From: Myxococcota bacterium | Lineage (GTDB): Bacteria > Myxococcota_A > UBA796 > UBA2385 | DNA length: 64,000 nucleotides | Reading direction: 5' to 3' | Assembly: GCA_044344255.1 (NCBI GenBank) | Contig: JBIJDH010000001.1 | Location: forward strand, 416,001 to 480,000 | In this document: piece by piece, positions 43,995 through 52,955 of the stretch | How positions within the stretch are numbered: position 1 is the first letter of the stretch | Layout of the letters: each line of letters begins with the position of its first letter | Position numbers and translations under genes: made by a program | Notes under the pieces: generated by a model | Told to the model about the DNA's origin: nothing | What the model saw: only the letters and a program-made list of their open reading frames with translations | The model's database searches: none

Positions 43995-45245
43995 ATGCCC
44001 CGTCCTCAGCGGAGCCTGTTCATGGTGCCCTCGACCCGCACGCCCTCCCCCCGCTTGCCCTCCCCTCGCAAGCCGCTGCTGGGCCTGTTGGCCCTCGTGG
44101 CCGGCTTTGCCCTCTCCGTCCCCGCCTTCGCCGCCAAGGGGAGCGACACCCTCGACGAAGACGACAACGAGAAGGACGAGGACGACAAGAAGAAGAACAA
44201 CGACGACGACGACAAGGTCGACAAGCCGCTCGACCCTGACAACGACGACGACTGGGCCCCCGCTCCCGACAAAGAGGAGTCCGAGCTCAAGTTCGACGAC
44301 GAGTCGGAGGAGGACACCCAGGTGGCCGCCCGCGGCCCCGGTGAGGACACCGCCAAGCTCTACAGGGAATACCTGGAGAAGGTGAAAGACCTCAGCCCGG
44401 ACGAAGAGGCCCTGGCCTGGGAGCGATACCTGAAGAAGTACCCGAAGACCAACTTCAAGACGAAGATCCAGGCCCGCCTCGACGAGCTCGGCTCCGCGAT
44501 CTACGACGAGCAGGTCGAAGACACGATCAGCCGGGCGCCAGACGCCGGTAAGTCCGAGATCCGCTTCGCCCAGCCGGCCAGCCTCGAGTCGATCGACCCC
44601 CGGAGCAAGGTGCGAGCGGGCTTCGGCTTCGGCCGCCCCTCCTACAAGTCGCTCGTGCTCACCGGGGAGTACCAGCTCAAGCGGGAGTGGTCGGTGACGG
44701 GCGGCGTGCGCAGCCGCTACACCGGCGCCAGCCTCGAGGCCGGCACGCACTACGCGATCATCAAGTCGGCCCGGCAGCAGATGCTGCTCACGGTCCTCGG
44801 CGACCTCCACTACAACCTGAACCCCGCCTACCCGGGGATCCGGCCCCAGGTCGGCTTCGGCAAGCGCTTCACCATCAACTCCGACGTCTACATTGACTCG
44901 ATGGTGCAGGCCGGCACGGACCTCCTCATCCGCAACAACGACGTGGGCAAGACGGTCCTCGACCCCCGCTACATCGGTGGGCTCAACATCACCGTCGCCC
45001 CTGCGCCGATCCTCCGCGCCTACCTCGAGACGTCGATCAACATGAAGCCGGGCGGCGACGAGCGGATCTCCTCCTTCGCCTTCGACACCTTCAGCTTCGG
45101 CATCCGCTTCGTGAAGCGCAAGAGCACCAACAAGGACCTCTTCGAGGCCGGCCTCGGCGCCGAGGCCCCGATCATCTCCGACTACTGGGGCTACCATCAG
45201 GGCGCCGTGTTCGGCGAAGGCACGCTCTACCTGAACAAGTCCTGA
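43995..45245 (+). CDS. Secreted or outer-membrane protein (acidic N-terminus, helical linker, beta-barrel-like C-terminus)
   Basis: Signal peptide ending AFA; D/E-rich tract; WERYLKKYP; amphipathic strands; typical GC3-rich codon usage. Confidence 0.7.
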   Translation: MPRPQRSLFMVPSTRTPSPRLPSPRKPLLGLLALVAGFALSVPAFAAKGSDTLDEDDNEKDEDDKKKNNDDDDKVDKPLDPDNDDDWAPAPDKEESELKFDDESEEDTQVAARGPGEDTAKLYREYLEKVKDLSPDEEALAWERYLKKYPKTNFKTKIQARLDELGSAIYDEQVEDTISRAPDAGKSEIRFAQPASLESIDPRSKVRAGFGFGRPSYKSLVLTGEYQLKREWSVTGGVRSRYTGASLEAGTHYAIIKSARQQMLLTVLGDLHYNLNPAYPGIRPQVGFGKRFTINSDVYIDSMVQAGTDLLIRNNDVGKTVLDPRYIGGLNITVAPAPILRAYLETSINMKPGGDERISSFAFDTFSFGIRFVKRKSTNKDLFEAGLGAEAPIISDYWGYHQGAVFGEGTLYLNKS

Positions 45246-45268
45246 GTCCGGCCCGCCGCCGATCGCCG

Positions 45269-45309
45269 GGGCCGGGCCCGACGCTCCATGGGGGGCGCGG
45301 GCCCGGCCC
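45269..45309 (+). terminator. Strong GC hairpin downstream of the outer-membrane protein gene
   Basis: GGGCCGGGCCCG ... CGGGCCCGGCCC 12-bp stem. Confidence 0.5.
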
Positions 45310-45350
45310 TCGTCGTTTCGCGCCCCCGGCCCCCGTCGTTTCGCGCCCCT
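45305..45350. repeat. 23-bp direct repeat x2 upstream of the ECF sigma gene
   Basis: GGCCCTCGTCGTTTCGCGCCCCC / GGCCCCCGTCGTTTCGCGCCCCT. Confidence 0.8.
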
Positions 45351-45360
45351 GGCGGAGACG

Positions 45361-45387
45361 TGTAAGATTCGCGCTGCGGGCGTCGTT
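45361..45387 (+). promoter_or_regulatory. Candidate ECF-type autoregulatory promoter
   Basis: TGTAAG-17 bp-CGTT about 40 bp before the sigma gene. Confidence 0.45.
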
Positions 45388-45428
45388 CCAGGAGCGGCGA
45401 CCGAGGAGGCGCCCGGTGGAGACCCCCC

Positions 45429-46013
45429 TTGACCACCCCTGACTCGGGCCTGATGCCGCTCGCCGAGGAGCGGACGCTGGTGGAGCGGCTGAAGCGCGGA
45501 GACCGCGCCTCAGCGGGCGCCTTGTACCAATGGTACGGCGACCGCCTGTTCCGGCAGGTCATCCTGCCGCGACTGCCGATCCCCGAGCTCGCGGAGGACG
45601 TGCTCAAGGACACCTTCCGAATCACCCTGGAGAAGATCGAGCAGTACAAGCCGGAGGGCACCACCAGCATCTTCTTCTGGATGCGGCGGATCGCGATCAA
45701 CCGCGCCATGGACGTCCACCGCGCCCACGACCGCAGTCGAAAGCTCGAAGATCGCCAGGAGGAAGCCGCCACCCGCTCGATGTCCGAACCCCCGCCTGCC
45801 CCCGACCGTGAGCCCGAGTCCGCCGAGACCCGCGCCCAGGTCGAGCTCTCGCTCACCCGCATGAACGAGCGCTACGCCCTCGCCCTCCGCTTGCGCCTCC
45901 TCGAGGATCGAGATCGGGAGGAATGCGCCGCCCTGCTCGGCGTCAATGTGGGGAACTTCGACGTCATCTTCCACCGGGCCTGCAAGGCCTTCCGACAGGT
46001 GTACCCCCCGTGA
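45429..46013 (+). CDS. ECF-family RNA polymerase sigma factor
   Basis: LAEDVLKDTF, WMRRIAINRAMD (region 2); region 4 HTH REECAALLGVNVGNFDVIFHRA. Confidence 0.9.
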   Translation: MTTPDSGLMPLAEERTLVERLKRGDRASAGALYQWYGDRLFRQVILPRLPIPELAEDVLKDTFRITLEKIEQYKPEGTTSIFFWMRRIAINRAMDVHRAHDRSRKLEDRQEEAATRSMSEPPPAPDREPESAETRAQVELSLTRMNERYALALRLRLLEDRDREECAALLGVNVGNFDVIFHRACKAFRQVYPP

Positions 46014-47797
46014 CCGAGAACCACCAGATCGAGCTCCTCCAACGCTGGCTTCAGTCGAAGCCGGGCGTGGGGCCGTCGGGTGGAGCGCGCGGTGAAGGAC
46101 GGGGTGAAGGACGGGGTGAAGATGGGGGGCCGACCGCGGGCGGGCCGCTCGACGAGGCCCCCGCGGCCCTCGACCCCGATCTGCGCTACGCGGTCCTGGC
46201 GCTCCGGCCCGACCTCGCCCCGCCGCCCCGGCTCAGCGTGGACGACATCCTCGACAGCGTCAGCGAGGGCCCCTTCGCGGTAGACCCCGGGGAGGCCGCG
46301 GCGGTCCAGGGCTGGATCGACGGGGCGGACGATCTCCCCGAAGGCCTCGACGAGGACGTCGTGGAGGCGCTCTATGCGCTGCGCCCCGACCGCGCGCCCG
46401 CCCCGACGATCGACCTCGACGCCCTGCTCGACGAGGTCCAAGAGGGGCCCTTCGCGCCCCGCCTCGCCAAGGTCCTCCCCTTCTCCGCCGCCCCCGCCGC
46501 CCTCGACAAGGCCACCCCAAAGGCCGAGCGCGCCGAGCTACCGGGGGCCTCGGGCGAGCGGGCCCCGGTGGTCGAGCTCTCCTCCCGCCGCCGCCTGCCC
46601 ACCTGGCTGATGCCCGCCCTCGGCGTCCTCGCGGCGGCGGCCAGCGTGCTCCTGGTGGTGGGTCCGATGCACGACGAGGCGCCGCCGATGTCGGCCCCCG
46701 CGCCGGTGCAAGACGCCGGCGTCCCGATGGCCCCTCACGCCGCGCCGTCCGAAGAGGCGCTGGGCACCGTCTCCCAGAGCGGCGCCGCCGTCGCCGGCCT
46801 CGAGGAGGGTGGCAAGACGTCGCCCGACCCCGCCGCCGCCTCACCGGCCGTCCCCGCAGCCGCCGAGCCCCCCTCGCCCCCGACGAAGGCGAGCGCCGGC
46901 CCGAGCGACGCGGCCGGGGTCGTCGGCGCGACCACCCCGACCGCGCTCCCCTCCCCCTCCGCTGACGCCCCGCCGAGCGCGGAGGCCGAACCGTCGGAGC
47001 TCGCCAACACTGGCGGGCTCGCGGGCGGAGCGGTCGGCGGCGCCGACCTCGACGACAACACCGCGTCGAACACCGCCGCCAACACCGCCTCGAACACCGC
47101 CGCCAACACCGCCGATGCCTACTTCGCGGATGAGGCAGATCAGGCCCGCTCGGGGGGTCGCTCGAAGTCAGACGCGGTGGTGGCCGGAGAGGGGCGATCC
47201 GCGAAGCAGGAAGAGGCGAAGAAGAAGTCCGACGAGAAGAGGTCCGAGGAGGATGTCGCCTCCCGCGAAGAGAGGGCGTACGACGCGGCCCGAGAAGACG
47301 AGGCGCCGCTCGCCAAGAAGCCCAGCAAGGCGAGCTCCCGGGCCCCAGCGCCCGCCGCCGCGCCGCCCCCCGAGCCTGCGCGGGCCGCGCCCTCCGGCGC
47401 CTCCTCCGCCAGCCTCGACGATCTTCGACGTCAGGCGAGCCCGGCCAGCCGCGGGCCGGATCTCGCGGCTCGGCACCCGGAGCTCCAGGCCACCTACGAG
47501 GAGATCAACGCCGCCACCCGCGCCGGGGCCACCAGCAAGGTCGTGGGCCTCTGCAATACGCTGCGCGGCCACTCCGACCCGGATGTGGCCATGGACGCCG
47601 CCTGGCGATCGGCGCGGATCACCCTCGCGGCGGGGCAGGCCGATCAGGCCCTGGCCCACATCGCCCGCGGCCTCGAGCTCTCCGGGGCGCCATTCTTCCG
47701 CGCTCGGCTGCTCGCGCTCAAGGGCGAGGCGCTGGAGGCCCGCGGTGACGCCGCCGGGGCGCGCCAGGCCTACGAACAAGCGGCCCGGGCGCGCTGA
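46010..47797 (+). CDS. Putative single-pass anti-sigma factor with duplicated N-terminal motif and C-terminal TPR
   Basis: GTG overlaps the sigma TGA; VVELSSRRR then TM (ALGVLAAAASVLLVV); Pro/Ala linker; TPR-like end. Confidence 0.72.
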   Translation: MTENHQIELLQRWLQSKPGVGPSGGARGEGRGEGRGEDGGPTAGGPLDEAPAALDPDLRYAVLALRPDLAPPPRLSVDDILDSVSEGPFAVDPGEAAAVQGWIDGADDLPEGLDEDVVEALYALRPDRAPAPTIDLDALLDEVQEGPFAPRLAKVLPFSAAPAALDKATPKAERAELPGASGERAPVVELSSRRRLPTWLMPALGVLAAAASVLLVVGPMHDEAPPMSAPAPVQDAGVPMAPHAAPSEEALGTVSQSGAAVAGLEEGGKTSPDPAAASPAVPAAAEPPSPPTKASAGPSDAAGVVGATTPTALPSPSADAPPSAEAEPSELANTGGLAGGAVGGADLDDNTASNTAANTASNTAANTADAYFADEADQARSGGRSKSDAVVAGEGRSAKQEEAKKKSDEKRSEEDVASREERAYDAAREDEAPLAKKPSKASSRAPAPAAAPPPEPARAAPSGASSASLDDLRRQASPASRGPDLAARHPELQATYEEINAATRAGATSKVVGLCNTLRGHSDPDVAMDAAWRSARITLAAGQADQALAHIARGLELSGAPFFRARLLALKGEALEARGDAAGARQAYEQAARAR

Positions 47798-47811
47798 TCG
47801 TCCCCAACGAA

Positions 47812-47843
47812 GCGGGCCGAGGAGCCTGCGCCCCTCGGCCCGC
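47812..47843. terminator. Hairpin between convergent genes
   Basis: GCGGGCCGAGG-N10-CCTCGGCCCGC 11-bp stem. Confidence 0.55.
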
Positions 47844-47885
47844 CCTCCCCCTCATCGACCGTTCAGCCGATGCGGAGCGTCGCGC

Positions 47886-50800
47886 TCAGCGCTGGTAGCC
47901 GACGGTGAGGCCGAACATCGTGAGCCCATCGTCGATGCTGCCGACGAGGCGCTTGTCACCGCCGTTGTCGGGGGTGGAGTAGACGTCCACGAAGCGCGCC
48001 TTCAGCCCGGCGTTGCCGGCGACGTACCAGTTGTCCACGAAGGCGTAGCCGACCTTGAAGTCCCAGCCGGCGCCGAGGAGGTAGTCCTTCACGTTGACCT
48101 CACCGCCCAGCGTGCCGAAGACGTGCTCGCCGATCTCGGCGTCGACCTCGGCCCCCGCGAGCAAGCCGGAGGAGATCAGGTTCTCGTAGACGAGGTCCGT
48201 CCCCTCCTGCTTGAAGACGATGGAGTCGGAGATGTCGTAGCCGAAGCGCCCCGCCACCGAGACCTGCGAGGCGGCGCCCACGTCGAAGGGGTAGCGGATG
48301 AGGCCGACCAGCCGCACGTCGTTGACGAAGTCGGGGATCTCACCATCGGTGTAGCCGGCCTCCGAGAGGTCGATCGACCAGCGGGAGGTGCGGAAGGTGG
48401 CCTCGGCGCCCACATAGGTGAACATCGGCAGCCACACCCGGGCCCCGAGCTGGAAGCCCGAGGCGCCGGCCGGGCTGCGGCCCTCTCCGCCGCCCACGGT
48501 GACGTTCTGCTTGAAGATCGGGCCGTTGAGGGCCTCGGAGCGCTGCTGGTAGCTGTACATGCCGCCGAGGTAGCCGACGCCTGCGCGCAGCCAGGGGTAC
48601 TTTCCGGGCTCGCGCGGCGGCTTCGGCGCCTTGGGGGGCTCCGGGGTGGTCACCGCGCTGGGGGTGGCGGTGGGGGTCGGCGCCGCGGGGATCGCGGTGG
48701 CGACCGGCGTGCCCCAGGCCCCGCCGGCTACCGCGACGGCCCCGCCGACGGGCACCTTCACCATGCCCGCGACCGTGCCGTCGGCGTTGGCGACCGAGAC
48801 CTTGACCTCCCCGGTCGTGCCCGCGGGGACGGAGAGGGAGGCCGCGTAATCACCGTTTCCGAGGTCGATGGCCGAGCCGATCGTGCCCGCCGAGGCGAGG
48901 AAGTCGAGCTTCTGGCCCGCGACCCCCTTTCCGTTGCTGTCTTCGGCCCGGATCTTGAGGGTGGTCGAGCCGCCGGCCGGCACCTCCTTGGGGTCCGAGC
49001 TCAGGGCGAAGCGCGCGAGGGGGCCCGCCGCGACGGAGGCGGGGGCGGCGACGATGGTGCCGCCACCCTCCCGGCCCACCCGCAGCTCGGTGACGATGCG
49101 CCGCCAGCCGAGGGAGAGGTCCTGAGTCGCCGCCGAGCCCGAGGCGGAGGCGACGAGGTCTTGGGCGACCGGCACGGGGGACTGGAGCACCGCCGTCGCG
49201 CCGCCCTGACCGGCCGCCGTGGCCTGGATGCGCACCACGCCCGCGCCGCGTCCGGCGGTGAGGGTCACCTGCCCGATGCCGGAGTCATCGGTGGTGAGCG
49301 CGGTGGGCAGGGCCGCGTCACCCTGGGCGACCTGGAGGGCCACGGGGACGCCGGCCACGGGGTAGCCGAACTCATCGAGGGTGAGCACGGTCACGAGGGT
49401 CGAGGAGAGGCCGTCATTGGGGATCGACGGGTGCGAGGCGAAGACCAGCACGCGCCGGAGCGGGTTTCCGCTGGCGGGCGCCTTCACCGTGGCCACCACC
49501 TCGACCGGCCCGTTGCCCGTCGTGGTGAAGGCGGTCTGGTAGTCTCCGTTACCGAGGTCCTTGGTCTTGCCGTTCACCTTGGCGCCGTTGACGGCGAAGG
49601 AGAGCTCGCGACCGGACATACCGACACCGTCGGAGCCCACCACCTTCGCGAACAGGGAGAAGCCCTGCGCCGATGGGCTGAGGCCGGCGGGCTCGGCCGT
49701 GAGGGTGACGGAGCCCGGGCGGGCGGCCACAAGGTTGAGGTTGAAGGAGTCCGCCTGCTTGCCCTTGCTGTCCTCCACCGCGACCTGGATGGTGACCTGC
49801 CCGCCGGAGACGCTCATCGGCGGCGTGAAGTTGGCGGCGTAGACGCCGTTGCCCTCGTGGCGGGCGGGCGAGGTGACCCCGCCCGTCGAAGAGAACACGA
49901 CCCGGGCCGCGGTGTCGGGCGCGCCCGAGGCGCTGGCGACGTAAGCGCGCACCACGACACCCTGCGCGGGATCGGCGGGGACGCTCTGATGCAGGGGGTA
50001 CAGCTTGACCCGCTGAGCGCCCGGGATCTGCAGATCGAGCGGCTCCTCGGTCTTCTTGTCGGCGGTGATGCTCGTGACGAAGGCCTGCTGCACGCCGGGA
50101 GGCACCACGATCGGCACCTGGGCGCGGCCAGAGGCGTCGGCCTGGAGGGGGCCGAACTCGCGATCGCCCACCTTGACCAGGATCCGGCTGTTGGGCAGAC
50201 CGGTCACAGGGAAGGACGCCTTGCCCACGAGCGGGATCGCGAGCACGCCGTAGGCGCGGGTGGGATCGCGACGATCGGCCACGGTGACGAGCGCCACCTG
50301 CGGGAACTGCTGGTTCGGGGCCGTGTACAGCGCCGAGTAGCGCCCCTGGCCGAGCGGCGTGAGGTTCGAGATCGAGCCCGACGAGCTCTGGAGCACGACG
50401 TCGCCCTGCGTGGCGGCGGCGTTGGCGTCCCCGGAGAGGTTGATGGCGACGGTGGCGGTGCTGTCCTGCCCGAGCACGAGCTGCGGGGGGTTGGCCGATA
50501 TCGTCAACGCGCGGGCCGTGGAGGGCTGCGCGGTGATCGACCAACTCTTAGCGAAGTTACCCTTTGCGGCCGTCTTTCCCTTCAGGGTGACCTCGAGCAC
50601 CTTGCCCGTCTCAACCTTGGGAGGGGTCCAGGTGGCACGGTAGAGTCCGGGCCGGAGCTCGGTCACCGCAGAGGTGTTGCCCTGCGAGGCGCTCAGCTTC
50701 GAGCTCAGCCCCGTCATCGGCGAACCATCGACGTTCAGCGCGAGGAACTGCAGGTTGACCGCGGTGCTACCGTCCCCGACGACGTCGCCGCTCGGGAGCA

Positions 50801-50942
50801 GGTCGATGACGGGCTCGGCGAAGGCGCCGGCCTGAGCGTGCGCCTCACCCGCGAAGAGCGCGATGGAGACGATCGATCCGGGCGCGGCCAGCGCGGCGAC
50901 AGCGAGGAAGTTCAGCATCAACGAGCGGGGGGTGCGGCCCAT
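47886..50942 (-). CDS. Surface protein with multiple invasin/Big-1-like Ig repeats and a C-terminal beta-barrel-like domain
   Basis: Signal ending AHA; repeated GxYxAxY/F/WxxP motifs; DEFGYPVAG and DSNGKGVAG Big-1-like motifs; Pro linker; C-terminus LTVGYQR. Confidence 0.75.
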   Translation of the reverse strand: MGRTPRSLMLNFLAVAALAAPGSIVSIALFAGEAHAQAGAFAEPVIDLLPSGDVVGDGSTAVNLQFLALNVDGSPMTGLSSKLSASQGNTSAVTELRPGLYRATWTPPKVETGKVLEVTLKGKTAAKGNFAKSWSITAQPSTARALTISANPPQLVLGQDSTATVAINLSGDANAAATQGDVVLQSSSGSISNLTPLGQGRYSALYTAPNQQFPQVALVTVADRRDPTRAYGVLAIPLVGKASFPVTGLPNSRILVKVGDREFGPLQADASGRAQVPIVVPPGVQQAFVTSITADKKTEEPLDLQIPGAQRVKLYPLHQSVPADPAQGVVVRAYVASASGAPDTAARVVFSSTGGVTSPARHEGNGVYAANFTPPMSVSGGQVTIQVAVEDSKGKQADSFNLNLVAARPGSVTLTAEPAGLSPSAQGFSLFAKVVGSDGVGMSGRELSFAVNGAKVNGKTKDLGNGDYQTAFTTTGNGPVEVVATVKAPASGNPLRRVLVFASHPSIPNDGLSSTLVTVLTLDEFGYPVAGVPVALQVAQGDAALPTALTTDDSGIGQVTLTAGRGAGVVRIQATAAGQGGATAVLQSPVPVAQDLVASASGSAATQDLSLGWRRIVTELRVGREGGGTIVAAPASVAAGPLARFALSSDPKEVPAGGSTTLKIRAEDSNGKGVAGQKLDFLASAGTIGSAIDLGNGDYAASLSVPAGTTGEVKVSVANADGTVAGMVKVPVGGAVAVAGGAWGTPVATAIPAAPTPTATPSAVTTPEPPKAPKPPREPGKYPWLRAGVGYLGGMYSYQQRSEALNGPIFKQNVTVGGGEGRSPAGASGFQLGARVWLPMFTYVGAEATFRTSRWSIDLSEAGYTDGEIPDFVNDVRLVGLIRYPFDVGAASQVSVAGRFGYDISDSIVFKQEGTDLVYENLISSGLLAGAEVDAEIGEHVFGTLGGEVNVKDYLLGAGWDFKVGYAFVDNWYVAGNAGLKARFVDVYSTPDNGGDKRLVGSIDDGLTMFGLTVGYQR

Positions 50943-51277
50943 GGGGGACTCCACGTTTCCTGAATGAAGGGCGCGACCGGTGAGCGGCGGACGCCTCGTC
51001 GGGGTTCCGGAGGTCGGGGGCGAGAGGATACGCAAGGATGCCTCCTCCGTCGCCCCGGACGGGTCAAGGGGGTGTCAATCGCTAAGCCTCGCTGGGAGGG
51101 GGTCACCCGGCCAACGGTCATGCTCAAAGGGACGAAAATACAAAGAGCGCGAGGCCAGGTCGCCCAGCGGTGGGAGACAGCGGCAGAAAGAAGCGGTGGG
51201 AGACGCGGAAGCATGCCCCGAGCACGCTCGATCGATCGGTCCGGACCCTAACCAGCCAAAAGGTGCCTGCACCCCCA

Positions 51278-52069
51278 ATGCCAGCCAAACAGCCTCTGAT
51301 CACCGATCCCTTCGACCAACACGCGCGGGCCTACGCGGAGTGTTGGGAGGCGGAGGCGCCTGCGATCGCCCAGCGTCGGGCCGTTCACGCCACGATGGAT
51401 CGCTGGCTGGCCCCGGACGCGCGGGTGCTCGACCTCGGCTGCGGCACGGGTATTGACGCCGCCTGGCTGCAGTCCACCGGGCGGAGCGTGCTGGCCCGCG
51501 ACGCCTCTCCGGGCATGGTCGCAGCGGCCCGCGCGCGCGGGGTCGCGGCGGAGCGCCTCCCCGCCGAGCAGCTCGCCGCGCTCCACAGCGCCCCCCTCGA
51601 CGGCGCGCTGCTCAACTTCGGCGTGCTCAACTGCATCCCCGACCTCGAGGCCCTGTCTCGAGACCTCAGCCGCCTGCTCCGACCAGGCGCCAGCCTCTTC
51701 CTGGTCCTGATGCCGCGCCTCTCCCCGGCCTGGACCCTTGGGGCGCTCAAGCGGGGCGGCCTGCGGGCGGCCTGGGCGCGCGCGCAGGCGGTCACCGACG
51801 TGCCCGTCGAGGGCCGACCGGTCCGGGTGACCTACCACAACCCATCCGCCGTGATCGCCGCCTTTCAGAGCGCCTTTGTCCGCGTCGATCAGCTCGGTCT
51901 CGGCTTCCTGCTCCCCCCGCCGGGGAGCCGCCGGGCGGCCGCCCTCACCCCCACCTTCGACCGACTGGAGGCCCCGCTGCGGCGCCTCCCCGGGCTGCGC
52001 CAAGTCGGAGACCACGTGCTGATCGTACTCCAGAGGCTCCCCGATCCCCTCCGGGAGGCCGAGCGCTGA
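51278..52069 (+). CDS. Class I SAM-dependent methyltransferase
   Basis: VLDLGCGTG, DASPGM, NFGVLNC, LLRPG. Confidence 0.88.
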   Translation: MPAKQPLITDPFDQHARAYAECWEAEAPAIAQRRAVHATMDRWLAPDARVLDLGCGTGIDAAWLQSTGRSVLARDASPGMVAAARARGVAAERLPAEQLAALHSAPLDGALLNFGVLNCIPDLEALSRDLSRLLRPGASLFLVLMPRLSPAWTLGALKRGGLRAAWARAQAVTDVPVEGRPVRVTYHNPSAVIAAFQSAFVRVDQLGLGFLLPPPGSRRAAALTPTFDRLEAPLRRLPGLRQVGDHVLIVLQRLPDPLREAER

Positions 52070-52095
52070 CGGACCCCGATCGGGGGCACCGTCAG
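52066..52095. terminator. Bidirectional hairpin containing both convergent stop codons
   Basis: CTGACGG..CCCCG-AT-CGGGG..CCGTCAG. Confidence 0.5.
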
Positions 52096-52850
52096 ATGGT
52101 GTCCGGCGCCGCGCAGCCGAGCTCCGCTGCCATCGCCTGATCGGAGAGGGCCCAGAGGCTGCCGAAGGCCCGCCAGAGCTCACCTGCGAGCACCGGGCCG
52201 CCGTCGCGGTCACCGCTGGAGCGGAGGGGGTCGTTGAGGACCATCCCGTTGCGGCTCTCCGTGTCATGCGGGCTGTGGAGGTTCATCCGGAGCCGGTTGA
52301 CCCCAGAATTGCTCAAGTGGACGACGGTGACGGTGTCATCGGCGTTGACGGACTCGACCACGCCCACATGGGTGAGCTCGTCGTCCCGCCGTCGGTTGTT
52401 GTTTCGATCGTAGGTGTCGTCAAAGAAGACGATGTCCCCGACGAAGGGGCGCTTCTTTCGATGGAGCAGGCCTTCGTCCTGGGCGAGCTCGTAGAGGTCT
52501 TTGCTCGAGCCCCGCAGCGAAGCGCCTGCCTTGGCATACGCGGCCTCGACGAGGCCAGAGCAGTCGTACCGGTAGCGCTCGCCCGAGACCGTGAGCCGGC
52601 CCTGCCCGACGAAGGAGCCGGCCGCCTTGGCCACCGCCTCCCCCTCGCGGGCGCCGCGCCGCTTCACCCGTGGGTTGGCGATGTCTGCGCCCTCGTCCCG
52701 AGCCACCGCGGTGCGCTTCGAGCGGTCAGCGTAGGCGCCGGGGTCACGGCCCATCTCGCCGAGCGGACCCGGCATGTTGAGGCCGCCGCGATGCGCGCAA
52801 GCGGTCAAGAGACCGGTCAGCAGCATGAGTCGGAGGTGGGGGCGAGCCAT
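52092..52850 (-). CDS. NlpC/P60 (CHAP-like) peptidoglycan hydrolase lipoprotein
   Basis: LTAC lipobox; YDCSGLV, GDIVFF, THVGVV. Confidence 0.85.
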   Translation of the reverse strand: MARPHLRLMLLTGLLTACAHRGGLNMPGPLGEMGRDPGAYADRSKRTAVARDEGADIANPRVKRRGAREGEAVAKAAGSFVGQGRLTVSGERYRYDCSGLVEAAYAKAGASLRGSSKDLYELAQDEGLLHRKKRPFVGDIVFFDDTYDRNNNRRRDDELTHVGVVESVNADDTVTVVHLSNSGVNRLRMNLHSPHDTESRNGMVLNDPLRSSGDRDGGPVLAGELWRAFGSLWALSDQAMAAELGCAAPDTI

Positions 52851-52955
52851 GATCGACGTTTACACTGTTGACGCGGCAAGGGCAAGGAGGACCTTTACCC
52901 GAGCCAGGACCAGACCCCTCCCCGGGGTTAGTCTGCCCCCCCGCCTGGAGACGCC

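Noticed and set aside
43956..45197. N-terminal 414 aa of the 666-aa minus-strand ORF
   Set aside because: Antisense to the real plus-strand gene; only 43197-43955 looks coding
46809..50963. 1384-aa plus-strand ORF
   Set aside because: Off-frame and antisense shadow of the anti-sigma and Ig-repeat genes
52857..52873. Weak palindrome CGTTTACACTGTTGACG upstream of nadA as an NAD-regulator site
   Set aside because: Too degenerate to assign to NiaR, NrtR or NadQ
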